Shown here one piece after another: positions 49,853 through 58,499 of a stretch of 64,000 bases of DNA. Source of the stretch: an uncultured Gemmatimonadales bacterium. Its GTDB lineage: Bacteria > Gemmatimonadota > Gemmatimonadetes > Gemmatimonadales > Gemmatimonadaceae. The notes beneath the pieces were generated by a model. The model saw only the letters and a program-made list of their open reading frames with translations, searched no databases and was not told the DNA's origin. The position numbers and the translations under genes are program-made. The stretch covers positions 151,026-215,025 of the forward strand of contig CAWKNZ010000010.1 in NCBI GenBank assembly GCA_963851265.1, in the 5' to 3' direction. Each line of letters begins with the position of its first letter. The first letter of the stretch is position 1.

Positions 49853-51037
49853 ATGTCATCCCGGACGATCGCTGCACCCGCGCCTGCCCCGTCCAGCGCC
49901 GCCCCTGCTCCCGGTACGATCTACTTGGGGCTCGACGTGCACAAGGACTCGGTCACCGTGGCCGTGCTCCCGGCCGGAGCGGCGGCCCCGACCCGCGTGG
50001 AGAAGCTCGCGAATGACCCTGCCAAGCTCCGGCGCTACTTCGACCGCCTCGCGACCGAGGGCACGCTCCGGGCCTGCTACGAAGCCAGCGGCGCCGGGTA
50101 CGTCCTCTATCGTGCGATGACCGAGTGGGGGTACGCGTGCGAGGTGATCGCGCCGTCGCTGATCCCGCAGCGGCCCGGGCACCAGCGCAAGCACGATCAG
50201 TACGACGCCGCCCAACTTGCCCGCTTGTACCGCGCCGGCGAGCTCACCACCGTGCGCATCCCGAGCGCGGCGGAAGAGCGCGTGCGCGACGTGGTGCGCT
50301 GCCGCGCCACGATGCAGCGCGAGCTGCTCAAGTCGCGGCAGTACCTGCTCAAGTTCCTCGCGCGCCGCGGCTTCGTGTACCGCGAGGGGACGGCCTGGAG
50401 CCGGCCGCATCTGCGCTGGCTCACGCAGCTCGCGCGCGACGACTCGCCCCTGGCCGCCGAGGACCGGCTCGTATTCCGCGAGTACCTCGCGCTCTTCGAG
50501 TACAAGCTCCAGCGCCGTGACGCGCTCGACACCGAGATCGAGCAGCTCGCCCTCACGCCGACCCTTCGGGACGCCGTTGGGCGCCTCCAATGCTTCCGCG
50601 GAATCTCGGTGCACGTCGCCATGGTCCTCGCGACGGAGCTCGTCGACTGGCGTCGCTTCGCGACCCCGCGGCAACTGGCGGCCTACCTGGGCCTCGTCCC
50701 GTCCGAGGACTCGAGCGGCGCGCGCGAACGCAAGGGCGCGATCACGAAGGCGGGCAACACGCACTGTCGCCACGCGCTCGTCCAGGCGGCCTGGAGCTAC
50801 CGCTACATCCCCAAGGTGGCGGCCCACCTCAAGAAGCGGCAGGAGGGACAACCGCCGGGCGTACTCGCCCACGCGTGGAAGGCCCAGCAGCGGCTGCACA
50901 AACGGTATACCCAGCTGACCTACCGGAAGCCGCCGCAGGTCGCCGTCGTCGCCGTCGCGCGCGAACTCGTCGGCTTTCTGTGGGCGGTCATGCGCGACGG
51001 AACGCCCGGCGCCACCGCGACGCCCGTCGCTGCCTAA
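49853..51037 (+). CDS. IS110 DEDD recombinase/transposase
   Basis: LGLDVHKD, CYEASG, KHDQYDA, GLVPSEDSSG, GAITKAGN. Confidence 0.97.
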   Translation: MSSRTIAAPAPAPSSAAPAPGTIYLGLDVHKDSVTVAVLPAGAAAPTRVEKLANDPAKLRRYFDRLATEGTLRACYEASGAGYVLYRAMTEWGYACEVIAPSLIPQRPGHQRKHDQYDAAQLARLYRAGELTTVRIPSAAEERVRDVVRCRATMQRELLKSRQYLLKFLARRGFVYREGTAWSRPHLRWLTQLARDDSPLAAEDRLVFREYLALFEYKLQRRDALDTEIEQLALTPTLRDAVGRLQCFRGISVHVAMVLATELVDWRRFATPRQLAAYLGLVPSEDSSGARERKGAITKAGNTHCRHALVQAAWSYRYIPKVAAHLKKRQEGQPPGVLAHAWKAQQRLHKRYTQLTYRKPPQVAVVAVARELVGFLWAVMRDGTPGATATPVAA

Positions 51038-51300
51038 CGGATACCCTGAACTCTGAGTGGCGTGTGGTCGGGGGTACGCACGAGAGCGATCCCCGACGGC
51101 GTTATGCAGACCGCCGGCGCGACACGGCCGGCGCGATCTCCGCGTCTAGAATGCGGGCGCTCGCGACGCATCCAATTCTTGCGGCTCCGGCTTCCGAGCT
51201 GACCCGCGTATAGCAGCAGGATTCACCGTCGCCTCTGCCCCGGCCCACGTCACTCTTGCCTTCTGATGCCCAACGACTCGACATGCCGGCATCACCCCGC
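51038..51300 (+). ncRNA. Putative bridge/seek RNA of the IS1111-type element
   Basis: 3' non-coding end with nested stems and target-like segments GGCGTTA (51098-51104) and GCGTCTA (51142-51148), plus donor-like ATAGCA (51210-51215); boundaries unknown. Confidence 0.7.
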
Positions 51301-51924
51301 TTGACACCAGCCCAGTCATAGCAATGCCCCAGCTCAGCTGCGGCGTTGTCCAAGAGCGACGCCGGTTGCGTACCAGAGTGGCGGCGGAGGAGCCGGGCGT
51401 CCCGGCGGACGCCGTCTGCTGCAGCGTAACGTTAGGCGTCAGCTCGATCCGGGCGCACCCCGTCCCGGCGAGTATGCCAGGCGACCCGCTCGGCCGCCAG
51501 GGGCACCGCCGCCGGGACCGCGCGTGGAACCGTCCGCGCCGCCGCGCGCCGGACCGGCCTTGTCGAACGGCACCGCCGGCGCGCGGCGGCGCCCACGCGA
51601 CGAGCCCGGCCCCGGGCGGCCCCGCTGCGAGCACCGCCTGGGGCGCCGTCCCGTCCTGGCGCCCCGGCCCGCCGGGGCACGGCCGTGCGCCGCCGCGCGC
51701 ATCGGCGCCCGCCCATCCGCGCCAGCGCCCACGGCGGGCGTCCCGCGCTGCGCGTCGTACCGCGTGCGGACCGCGGCGCCCGCCGCGGCGCGGTGAGGCG
51801 TCCCGGCCCTCGCCACCGCGGCGGACGGCGCTGCGCGCGACCTACGCCCTGCGACGGCGCGCCGCGCGGTGCACCGCCCCGCCCCGCCGACGAACAAGCA
51901 CTCACGTTCTCCCGGTGTACTGAC

Positions 51925-52021
51925 GCCTAACGCCTGAAGTTCACCTGCAAAGCGGCCCATCGGAAGCCGTACGTGCTGACGAGCGTCGGGCCGCTTTGTC
52001 AGGTGCAACGAATCGTTAGGC
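51925..52021 (-). repeat. attC (short class)
   Basis: GCCTAAC...GTTAGGC. Confidence 0.9.
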
Positions 52022-52279
52022 GGCGCCGGGGACGGAGCCGACCGGACGGACCGCGGGCAGGTCGTCGCCGGCCACCGGGCGGACGTCGGCCACCGCCAGC
52101 GTGCGCAGCGCCTGCGTGCGCCCGGCGTGCGTCACGAACTCCACCTCGACCGCCTCGGCGCCGTAGACCCACACGACCGTCCCCACGTCGCCCGCGCGTA
52201 GGCCGGCCTCGGGCACGTCGCGCGCGAGCACCACGCGCTCCAACTCGCGGTAGGGCGGCCGAGCCGCCGTCGTCGTCAT
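52016..52279 (-). CDS. Cassette: DUF4926-like protein (second, diverged)
   Basis: ELERVVLARDVPEAGLRAGDVGTVV.VY...EVEFV. Confidence 0.85.
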   Translation of the reverse strand: MTTTAARPPYRELERVVLARDVPEAGLRAGDVGTVVWVYGAEAVEVEFVTHAGRTQALRTLAVADVRPVAGDDLPAVRPVGSVPGAA

Positions 52280-52620
52280 GGTAGGCCCTCCCCCGGGTAC
52301 GCGGTCACGAGCCGCGGCACGTCGTCGCCGCGCAGGACGATCCAGACCGTCACGACCGCCGCGGTCCGGCCAGTCGGCCCCGTAACGATACCACGGACGA
52401 CGTACTTCTGCCCGAAAACGCCGGCCCCGGCCGCCTCGGCCTCGCCGCCGCGCGCGAGCGCGAGCAGGGCGTCTCGGAGGAGGGGCCACCCGGCGCGGGT
52501 GAAGCCGAGGGCGGCGAAGAACCGCCCCTTCGAACTCCCGTCCGGGTGGTCGGGGGAGAGCAGGTAGTCGCGCACCTTGGCCGGGTCGACCACGGCACGC
52601 TCGGCGTTCGGAAGCCTCAT
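52276..52620 (-). CDS. Cassette: DUF6883-like protein (second, diverged)
   Basis: MRLPNAERAVVDPAKVRDYLLSPDHPDG..K.RFF..LGF, PRLVTAYP. Confidence 0.82.
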   Translation of the reverse strand: MRLPNAERAVVDPAKVRDYLLSPDHPDGSSKGRFFAALGFTRAGWPLLRDALLALARGGEAEAAGAGVFGQKYVVRGIVTGPTGRTAAVVTVWIVLRGDDVPRLVTAYPGEGLP

Positions 52621-52648
52621 GCCGCGCAAAGATAATCAGCGGTGCGCC

Positions 52649-52767
52649 GCCTAACGCCCCAGCTCAGCTGCGGCGCCGTCCGAGCGAGGTATAGGTCGCG
52701 TGTGACAGAACCCGCGGAGGAGCGGAGCGTCCCCGCGCACGCCGACTGCTGCAGCACGACGTTAGGC
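52649..52767 (-). repeat. attC
   Basis: GCCTAAC...GTTAGGC. Confidence 0.9.
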
Positions 52768-53130
52768 GGTGATCACGACGAGCTGTCCCGGTCTCACCTC
52801 CGCCGCGGCCTCCCTGGCCCGCGGCACCAGCGGTTCCAGGGCCGCTCGCGTGTTCGCTCGAGCCCGGAGCAGCACCGTCCCGAACGGTCGACCTTCGAGC
52901 CGTTGTTGCCGCGGTAACCGCTTGTCCACGGTCACGAACACGTCGCATAGGCCGGTGATACGGTCCAGCAACGGGCCGTCGTCCACGTCGGCTAACCCGA
53001 GCGCGCCCACCCGCTCGACATCGAACGCCGGCGGCTCGCCGGCCAGCAGGCGCATCAGCGGGCGCGGCACACAGTGGTCGATTAGGATACGCCGGCGCTC
53101 CGAGGGCGGCGGCGCCCCAGTCTCGTCCAC
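52762..53130 (-). CDS. Cassette: DUF5615-like PIN toxin
   Basis: ILIDHCVPR.L, DDGPLL, DVFVTVDK.L..QQ. Confidence 0.8.
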   Translation of the reverse strand: MDETGAPPPSERRRILIDHCVPRPLMRLLAGEPPAFDVERVGALGLADVDDGPLLDRITGLCDVFVTVDKRLPRQQRLEGRPFGTVLLRARANTRAALEPLVPRAREAAAEVRPGQLVVITA

Positions 53131-53136
53131 CCGCGG

Positions 53137-53361
53137 CTACGCGGCCGGGGCGTACGCGTCCAGCGCGGCGCGGGCGAGCTCCAGGACCGCGACCGCGTGC
53201 TCGCGGCTGACGTCCGGGAAGTCGTCGAGGAACGCGTCCAGCGGCTCGCCGTCCTCGACATAGTCGATTAGGGTCTGGACGGGGACCCGGGTGCCGGCGA
53301 AGACGGCCGCGCCGCTGAGGCGCTCGGGCGAGCGGGTGATGAGGGGCGACGGGAGCGGCAT
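53137..53361 (-). CDS. Cassette: DUF433 antitoxin
   Basis: ITRSPERLSGAAVFAGTRVPVQTLIDY..G..LD.FLDDFP.V. Confidence 0.9.
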   Translation of the reverse strand: MPLPSPLITRSPERLSGAAVFAGTRVPVQTLIDYVEDGEPLDAFLDDFPDVSREHAVAVLELARAALDAYAPAA

Positions 53362-53482
53362 CGGACCTCCAGGCCGGGAGCACGGGTGGGGACGAGATGA
53401 ATCTACGCCCCATGACCGCCACGCGCTGCGCCAGCCCCGGCGGGGAGCCCCGGCCATAGCCATACGCCGTCGCGCGTTCACC

Positions 53483-53579
53483 GCCTAACGCCTCAAGTTC
53501 ACCTGCAAAGCGGCCCACACGGGACCGGACCTGTTGATGATGTCTGGGCCGCTTTGTCAGGTGCAACGCCTCGTTCGGC
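53483..53579 (-). repeat. attC (short class)
   Basis: GCCTAAC...GTTCGGC. Confidence 0.9.
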
Positions 53580-53619
53580 GGCACGCGCGACCGCGCCGGT
53601 GGGCGAGCGCCGGCCGGCG

Positions 53620-53844
53620 CTACGCCGACGGCGCGTACGACTCGAGGTAGCCACAGGCCGGGCAGCGGAACGTGGTGACCGCGTGGCGCTCACGCCCGCC
53701 CAGTTTCAGCCCGGTCCAGAAGGACGGCTCCGGCACCCCCTCAGCCCACTCCGGCGCCGAGACGGAGCCACTCGGCATCCCCTTGTCGATGATGAACCCC
53801 GACTCCATCGCGGCGGCGCACTTCGGGCACGTTGGTGGTTGCAT
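53620..53844 (-). CDS. Cassette: small double-CxxC Zn-ribbon protein (DUF6487/PF20097-like)
   Basis: CPKC...ME.GFIID...W.EG.P..SFWTG...FRCPACGYLESYA. Confidence 0.8.
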   Translation of the reverse strand: MQPPTCPKCAAAMESGFIIDKGMPSGSVSAPEWAEGVPEPSFWTGLKLGGRERHAVTTFRCPACGYLESYAPSA

Positions 53845-53911
53845 GGAATTCGAGCGGAACGCAGCGGGTGATTGAGGTCTGACGGGATGCGACGCGAGAA
53901 GTTCCGGTGCT

Positions 53912-54029
53912 GCCGAACGCCGAGTTCAGTTGCGGGTTGTCCAAGCGCGCAAACGCTCGCGTACGCGAGCGGCCGCGGGCGGGCCAGGAGCGTCCCCGCA
54001 TCCCCGCCAACTGCAACGTCTCGTTGGAT
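53912..54029 (-). repeat. attC
   Basis: GCCGAAC...GTTGGAT. Confidence 0.88.
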
Positions 54030-54050
54030 GGCCGCGCACTGATGCTGGCG

Positions 54051-54413
54051 TCATCCTACCTCCACCAGCGGCTCACCCGCGGCTAAGAGCGCGGCGACCT
54101 GGGGCCACGCCGGGAGCACAATCCGACGCAGCTCGAGGTTGCGCACGGTCCCGCACGTCACCCACACGACCTGTGGTGGCGGACCGTGCTGCTCAAGCAG
54201 TCGCACGAAGTCGTCGTCCTTGGTGACCACCACCGCTGCGCCGCCTTCGCGAGCGGCGGCGAAGATCACGGCGTCGTCCGCGCTCAGGTACCCGACATCG
54301 TTCACGTGCGCGGCGCTCACGCCGTACTCATCGACCAGCCACCGCGCGAGCGCCGGCGGAAGCTGCGCGTCAACCCAGACGCGCGGGGTGGCGTTGGTGC
54401 CGCCGAATGTCAC
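54051..54413 (-). CDS. Cassette: DUF5615 PIN-like toxin
   Basis: VWVDAQLPPALARWL, VVTKDDDF, GPPPQVVWVTCG. Confidence 0.88.
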   Translation of the reverse strand: MTFGGTNATPRVWVDAQLPPALARWLVDEYGVSAAHVNDVGYLSADDAVIFAAAREGGAAVVVTKDDDFVRLLEQHGPPPQVVWVTCGTVRNLELRRIVLPAWPQVAALLAAGEPLVEVG

Positions 54414-54644
54414 CTATGCTGCGAGCCGTGGATGGTCGAGGCGCCGCGCCGCGTAGAGGAGACAGGCAGCGATGTCGTCGTGCTCGAGGTAGGGGAAGTC
54501 GTCTAAGATCTCCGCCTCGGGTGCGCCGGCCGCCAGCAGGCCGAGCACATCGGACACGCGGATGCGCATGCCGCGGACGCATGGGCGGCCGCCGCACTGC
54601 TCCGGGCGGAGCGTGATACGCGAGAGGAGTTCAGTGTCGGACAC
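54414..54644 (-). CDS. Cassette: DUF433 antitoxin
   Basis: LLSRITLRPEQCGGRPCVRGMRIRVSDVL; GTG start inferred. Confidence 0.9.
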   Translation of the reverse strand: MSDTELLSRITLRPEQCGGRPCVRGMRIRVSDVLGLLAAGAPEAEILDDFPYLEHDDIAACLLYAARRLDHPRLAA

Positions 54645-54719
54645 GGGATCTCCGGGGCGGTGGACGTCGCTGGAAGATAGTGCCGGCCACAACCCGACCC
54701 TCCTACGGCGCATGTGGCC

Positions 54720-54836
54720 ATCCAACGCCCCAGTTCTGCTGCAAGCTGTCCGAGTGCGACGGCGGTGGCCTCCGACGGCGCACGCGGAGGAGCGGAGCGT
54801 ACCTGCATACTTGACAGCAGCAACGCAACGTTAGCC
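54720..54836 (-). repeat. attC
   Basis: ATCCAAC...GTTAGCC. Confidence 0.88.
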
Positions 54837-54890
54837 GTCAGTGCGCGTCGGCGCGCGTCGCGGGTACCCTTCGGCGTGCGTGGATGTACG

Positions 54891-55226
54891 TCAGGCGGAA
54901 TCAGACGGCCTCCGTATACGCGCGAGGAGCGCCCCGAGGGCACCTATCACGAGCGCGAAGCCGAGTTCGCCCGTCGGGGTCCAGTGCGTGTCGCGCCACC
55001 CGCCCGTGAATCGGTCGCGGTAGATCACGTGCGATCCACCGATCGCGACCGTGACACCGATCCAGAGCCAGCCTCCGAGCGTTCCCGCGCAGAACCATAT
55101 ACGAGCGCGGGCCCGTAGGCTCCTGCTGCTGATGGCGCGGGCACGCCGGATCAAGGCAGCCGCGAGCAGGAGGCCGAGGGAGAAACCGAGAAGGTTGCCG
55201 ACGTCCTGCCGAAACGACGAATCCAC
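54891..55226 (-). CDS. Cassette: small 3-TM membrane protein
   Basis: Three hydrophobic segments; fills the cassette. Confidence 0.6.
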   Translation of the reverse strand: MDSSFRQDVGNLLGFSLGLLLAAALIRRARAISSRSLRARARIWFCAGTLGGWLWIGVTVAIGGSHVIYRDRFTGGWRDTHWTPTGELGFALVIGALGALLARIRRPSDSA

Positions 55227-55385
55227 GCGGGCGTGTACGTTTAGCGGGGCTGGGCCTGACGGCTAGAAGTTATGACTGGGCTGGCCCCCCGCTCTCGCGT
55301 GGGTTAGCTCCTGCAGCGCGAGCCGCAGTCACCAGAGCCACAGGCGACGGTAGAACGTTGTCGCCTAACATGCGGAGGACCCCCC

Positions 55386-56570
55386 ATGTCATCCCGGACG
55401 ATCGCTGCACCCGCGCCTGCCCCGTCCAGCGCCGCCCCTGCTCCCGGTACGATCTACTTGGGGCTCGACGTGCACAAGGACTCGGTCACCGTGGCCGTGC
55501 TCCCGGCCGGAGCGGCGGCCCCGACCCGCGTGGAGAAGCTCGCGAATGACCCTGCCAAGCTCCGGCGCTACTTCGACCGCCTCGCGACCGAGGGCACGCT
55601 CCGGGCCTGCTACGAAGCCAGCGGCGCCGGGTACGTCCTCTATCGTGCGATGACCGAGTGGGGGTACGCGTGCGAGGTGATCGCGCCGTCGCTGATCCCG
55701 CAGCGGCCCGGGCACCAGCGCAAGCACGATCAGTACGACGCCGCCCAACTTGCCCGCTTGTACCGCGCCGGCGAGCTCACCACCGTGCGCATCCCGAGCG
55801 CGGCGGAAGAGCGCGTGCGCGACGTGGTGCGCTGCCGCGCCACGATGCAGCGCGAGCTGCTCAAGTCGCGGCAGTACCTGCTCAAGTTCCTCGCGCGCCG
55901 CGGCTTCGTGTACCGCGAGGGGACGGCCTGGAGCCGGCCGCATCTGCGCTGGCTCACGCAGCTCGCGCGCGACGACTCGCCCCTGGCCGCCGAGGACCGG
56001 CTCGTATTCCGCGAGTACCTCGCGCTCTTCGAGTACAAGCTCCAGCGCCGTGACGCGCTCGACACCGAGATCGAGCAGCTCGCCCTCACGCCGACCCTTC
56101 GGGACGCCGTTGGGCGCCTCCAATGCTTCCGCGGAATCTCGGTGCACGTCGCCATGGTCCTCGCGACGGAGCTCGTCGACTGGCGTCGCTTCGCGACCCC
56201 GCGGCAACTGGCGGCCTACCTGGGCCTCGTCCCGTCCGAGGACTCGAGCGGCGCGCGCGAACGCAAGGGCGCGATCACGAAGGCGGGCAACACGCACTGT
56301 CGCCACGCGCTCGTCCAGGCGGCCTGGAGCTACCGCTACATCCCCAAGGTGGCGGCCCACCTCAAGAAGCGGCAGGAGGGACAACCGCCGGGCGTACTCG
56401 CCCACGCGTGGAAGGCCCAGCAGCGGCTGCACAAACGGTATACCCAGCTGACCTACCGGAAGCCGCCGCAGGTCGCCGTCGTCGCCGTCGCGCGCGAACT
56501 CGTCGGCTTTCTGTGGGCGGTCATGCGCGACGGAACGCCCGGCGCCACCGCGACGCCCGTCGCTGCCTAA
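55386..56570 (+). CDS. IS110 DEDD recombinase/transposase
   Basis: Identical protein to 49853-51037. Confidence 0.97.
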   Translation: MSSRTIAAPAPAPSSAAPAPGTIYLGLDVHKDSVTVAVLPAGAAAPTRVEKLANDPAKLRRYFDRLATEGTLRACYEASGAGYVLYRAMTEWGYACEVIAPSLIPQRPGHQRKHDQYDAAQLARLYRAGELTTVRIPSAAEERVRDVVRCRATMQRELLKSRQYLLKFLARRGFVYREGTAWSRPHLRWLTQLARDDSPLAAEDRLVFREYLALFEYKLQRRDALDTEIEQLALTPTLRDAVGRLQCFRGISVHVAMVLATELVDWRRFATPRQLAAYLGLVPSEDSSGARERKGAITKAGNTHCRHALVQAAWSYRYIPKVAAHLKKRQEGQPPGVLAHAWKAQQRLHKRYTQLTYRKPPQVAVVAVARELVGFLWAVMRDGTPGATATPVAA

Positions 56571-56833
56571 CGGATACCCTGAACTCTGAGTGGCGTGTGG
56601 TCGGGGGTACGCACGAGAGCGATCCCCGACGGCGTTATGCAGACCGCCGGCGCGACACGGCCGGCGCGATCTCCGCGTCTAGAATGCGGGCGCTCGCGAC
56701 GCATCCAATTCTTGCGGCTCCGGCTTCCGAGCTGACCCGCGTATAGCAGCAGGATTCACCGTCGCCTCTGCCCCGGCCCACGTCACTCTTGCCTTCTGAT
56801 GCCCAACGACTCGACATGCCGGCATCACCCCGC
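56571..56833 (+). ncRNA. Putative bridge/seek RNA, copy 2
   Basis: Same 3' non-coding end as copy 1. Confidence 0.7.
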
Positions 56834-57025
56834 TTGACACCAGCCCAGTCATAGCAACGCCAGAGTTAAGCTGACGGGCCGTGCGGGTACGCGAGCGCCG
56901 AGGCGCGACACAGCCGAGGGGCGCGCCGGGGCGTCCCGGCGGACCCGGGCAGCTTCAACGCCTCGTTCGGCGGCGCCGCGCCGGCCCGTCCCGGCGGGCG
57001 CGGGCTCGCGGGCGCTCCCCGGCGC

Positions 57026-57247
57026 TCACGCGCGCAGGAACGCCTCCGGCTCGACGCCGATGTCGCGGCAGATCTGCCGCAGCAGCGGCGGCGCGAGGTC
57101 CCGGCCCCCGTGGAACGGCACCGTCGTCTGCCGCCCGTCGGCGTGCCGGAACTGCTTGTGCGACCCGCGCTGCCGGACCTCGACGAAACCGAGGCGCTCC
57201 AGGCGCGCCACGACCTCTCGGGGCTTCAGGACCGGCAGCGAGCCCAC
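57026..57247 (-). CDS. hicA: Cassette: HicA toxin
   Basis: [29 protein letters not shown]. Confidence 0.92.
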   Translation of the reverse strand: MGSLPVLKPREVVARLERLGFVEVRQRGSHKQFRHADGRQTTVPFHGGRDLAPPLLRQICRDIGVEPEAFLRA

Positions 57248-57259
57248 GCGCGGCCCCGG

Positions 57260-57469
57260 TCAGGCCACCCGAAGCGTCTGCGTCCCCACGAACTCGGCCT
57301 CGAGCGGCGGCTCGCCGTCCTCAAGCAGCATGGCCACGACCTCCTCGAGGTTGCCCCGCAGCTCGTCTAGCGTGGCGCCCTGGCTGTGGGCGCCCGGGAA
57401 GCCGGGGACGTGGCCCACGTAGAGGCCCGTGGCGGGGTCGCGCTCGACGACGGCGGTGTAGGTGCGCAT
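57260..57469 (-). CDS. hicB: Cassette: short HicB antitoxin
   Basis: YVGHVPGFPGAHSQGATLDELRGNLEEV. Confidence 0.92.
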   Translation of the reverse strand: MRTYTAVVERDPATGLYVGHVPGFPGAHSQGATLDELRGNLEEVVAMLLEDGEPPLEAEFVGTQTLRVA

Positions 57470-57587
57470 GGGAGGCGGGGGCGAGGGCTCCGGGGCCGGG
57501 ACGCGCGCAATCTACACCCGGGTCGGCCAGCAACGGCGCGCCGCGGCCCGGTCCCCAGGGCGGCCCCGCCGCAGGCAGCCGTCCGCC

Positions 57588-57684
57588 GCCGAACGCCAGA
57601 GTTCAGCTGCGGAGCGGCCCGCACGGAGTTGTAGATGCAAGGTGCTGCTTGGGCCGCTCCGTCTGCTGCAACGATTCGTTAGAC
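57588..57684 (-). repeat. attC (short class)
   Basis: GCCGAAC...GTTAGAC. Confidence 0.88.
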
Positions 57685-58353
57685 GGCCGGGGGCCTCAGC
57701 CGCCCCGGTCGGACCTGCGCAGCGACCGCGTCGTCAAGTTGGGTACTACTAACAATGAGGAGGTTGTCGACGCTAAAGGTGTTCTTCTCGACGGATGCAA
57801 GAAACGCTAGGTACTCTCGGATACGTAACAGATCGCCCAACCGCACGTCGCTCCAGCACACGACAAGGCCGATCCGGCCGAGAGCGACAGCGTTGAGCGC
57901 GCTCCCAATCAGGTACTTGGCGGCGATGTTACCCTTCTCGACTTCGATCGCGAGAAAACAGCGGGCGTTCTGGTTTGCTGCAGTCAATCGCTCGTAGGCT
58001 GCGCTGGGGTAGTCGCTACCCCAGCGCTGGACATTGTGGAGGTTGGCCAACATCAGGGCCCGCAAGAACGCGCTGTGCGCCTCGGCCATGCGGTCATACT
58101 CGTCTACATGTCGCTGATGGATGGCGAACGGCCCTACGGCTATGTCCACACGCGGTTCGTAAACGGCTCGTCGGCGAGAGGTGGGCTCCGGCCGCCGCCA
58201 GAAGGAATCGGAACCCGATGCAAGCCACTCTAGCTCGACTGCCGCGCCGACCCCGAGCACGGTGCCGAGTCTCGTGGCCAGCGAGCGCTGATACTCCGCG
58301 ACCTCAGGCCGTGGCTCGCCGAAAGGGCGGAGCTTCGCTCGGGAACGGTCCAT
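57679..58353 (-). CDS. Cassette: putative PD-(D/E)xK restriction-endonuclease-fold protein
   Basis: EYQ...ELEW...YEPRVDIAVGPF...FLAIEVEK; lower GC; stop in attC. Confidence 0.65.
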   Translation of the reverse strand: MDRSRAKLRPFGEPRPEVAEYQRSLATRLGTVLGVGAAVELEWLASGSDSFWRRPEPTSRRRAVYEPRVDIAVGPFAIHQRHVDEYDRMAEAHSAFLRALMLANLHNVQRWGSDYPSAAYERLTAANQNARCFLAIEVEKGNIAAKYLIGSALNAVALGRIGLVVCWSDVRLGDLLRIREYLAFLASVEKNTFSVDNLLIVSSTQLDDAVAAQVRPGRLRPPAV

Positions 58354-58382
58354 TTTTTATGGCTGCAGGGATGCTGGTAGCC

Positions 58383-58499
58383 GTCTAACGCCGAGTTCAC
58401 TTGCGGGTCGTCCAGGCGAGTAACCCGTCGCGTGTGACAAGCGCGGCGGGAGCTACGAAGGTGCCCGGCGAACCCGTCAAATGCAACGTTCCGTTAGGT
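58383..58499 (-). repeat. attC
   Basis: GTCTAAC...GTTAGGT. Confidence 0.88.

Larger units (their letters stand above)
49732..51322 (+). mobile_element. IS110 family, IS1111 subgroup element (1591 bp), copy 1
   Basis: Perfect 13-bp sub-terminal IRs ATGACTGGGCTGG (49739-49751) / CCAGCCCAGTCAT (51307-51319), 7 nt from the left end and 3 nt from the right; no TSD; long 3' non-coding end; TTGACA at 51301. Confidence 0.95.
49728..51437 (-). repeat. attC split by IS110 (49728-49731 plus 51323-51437)
   Basis: gccAGCT [IS] AATgccccagctcagctgc...GTTAGGC. Confidence 0.85.
55265..56855 (+). mobile_element. IS110/IS1111 element, copy 2 (appears identical to copy 1)
   Basis: Same ends and identical translated ORFs at offset 5533. 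Confidence 0.95.
55261..56971 (-). repeat. attC split by IS110 (55261-55264 plus 56856-56971)
   Basis: gacGGCT [IS] AACgccagagttaagctg...GTTCGGC. Confidence 0.85.
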
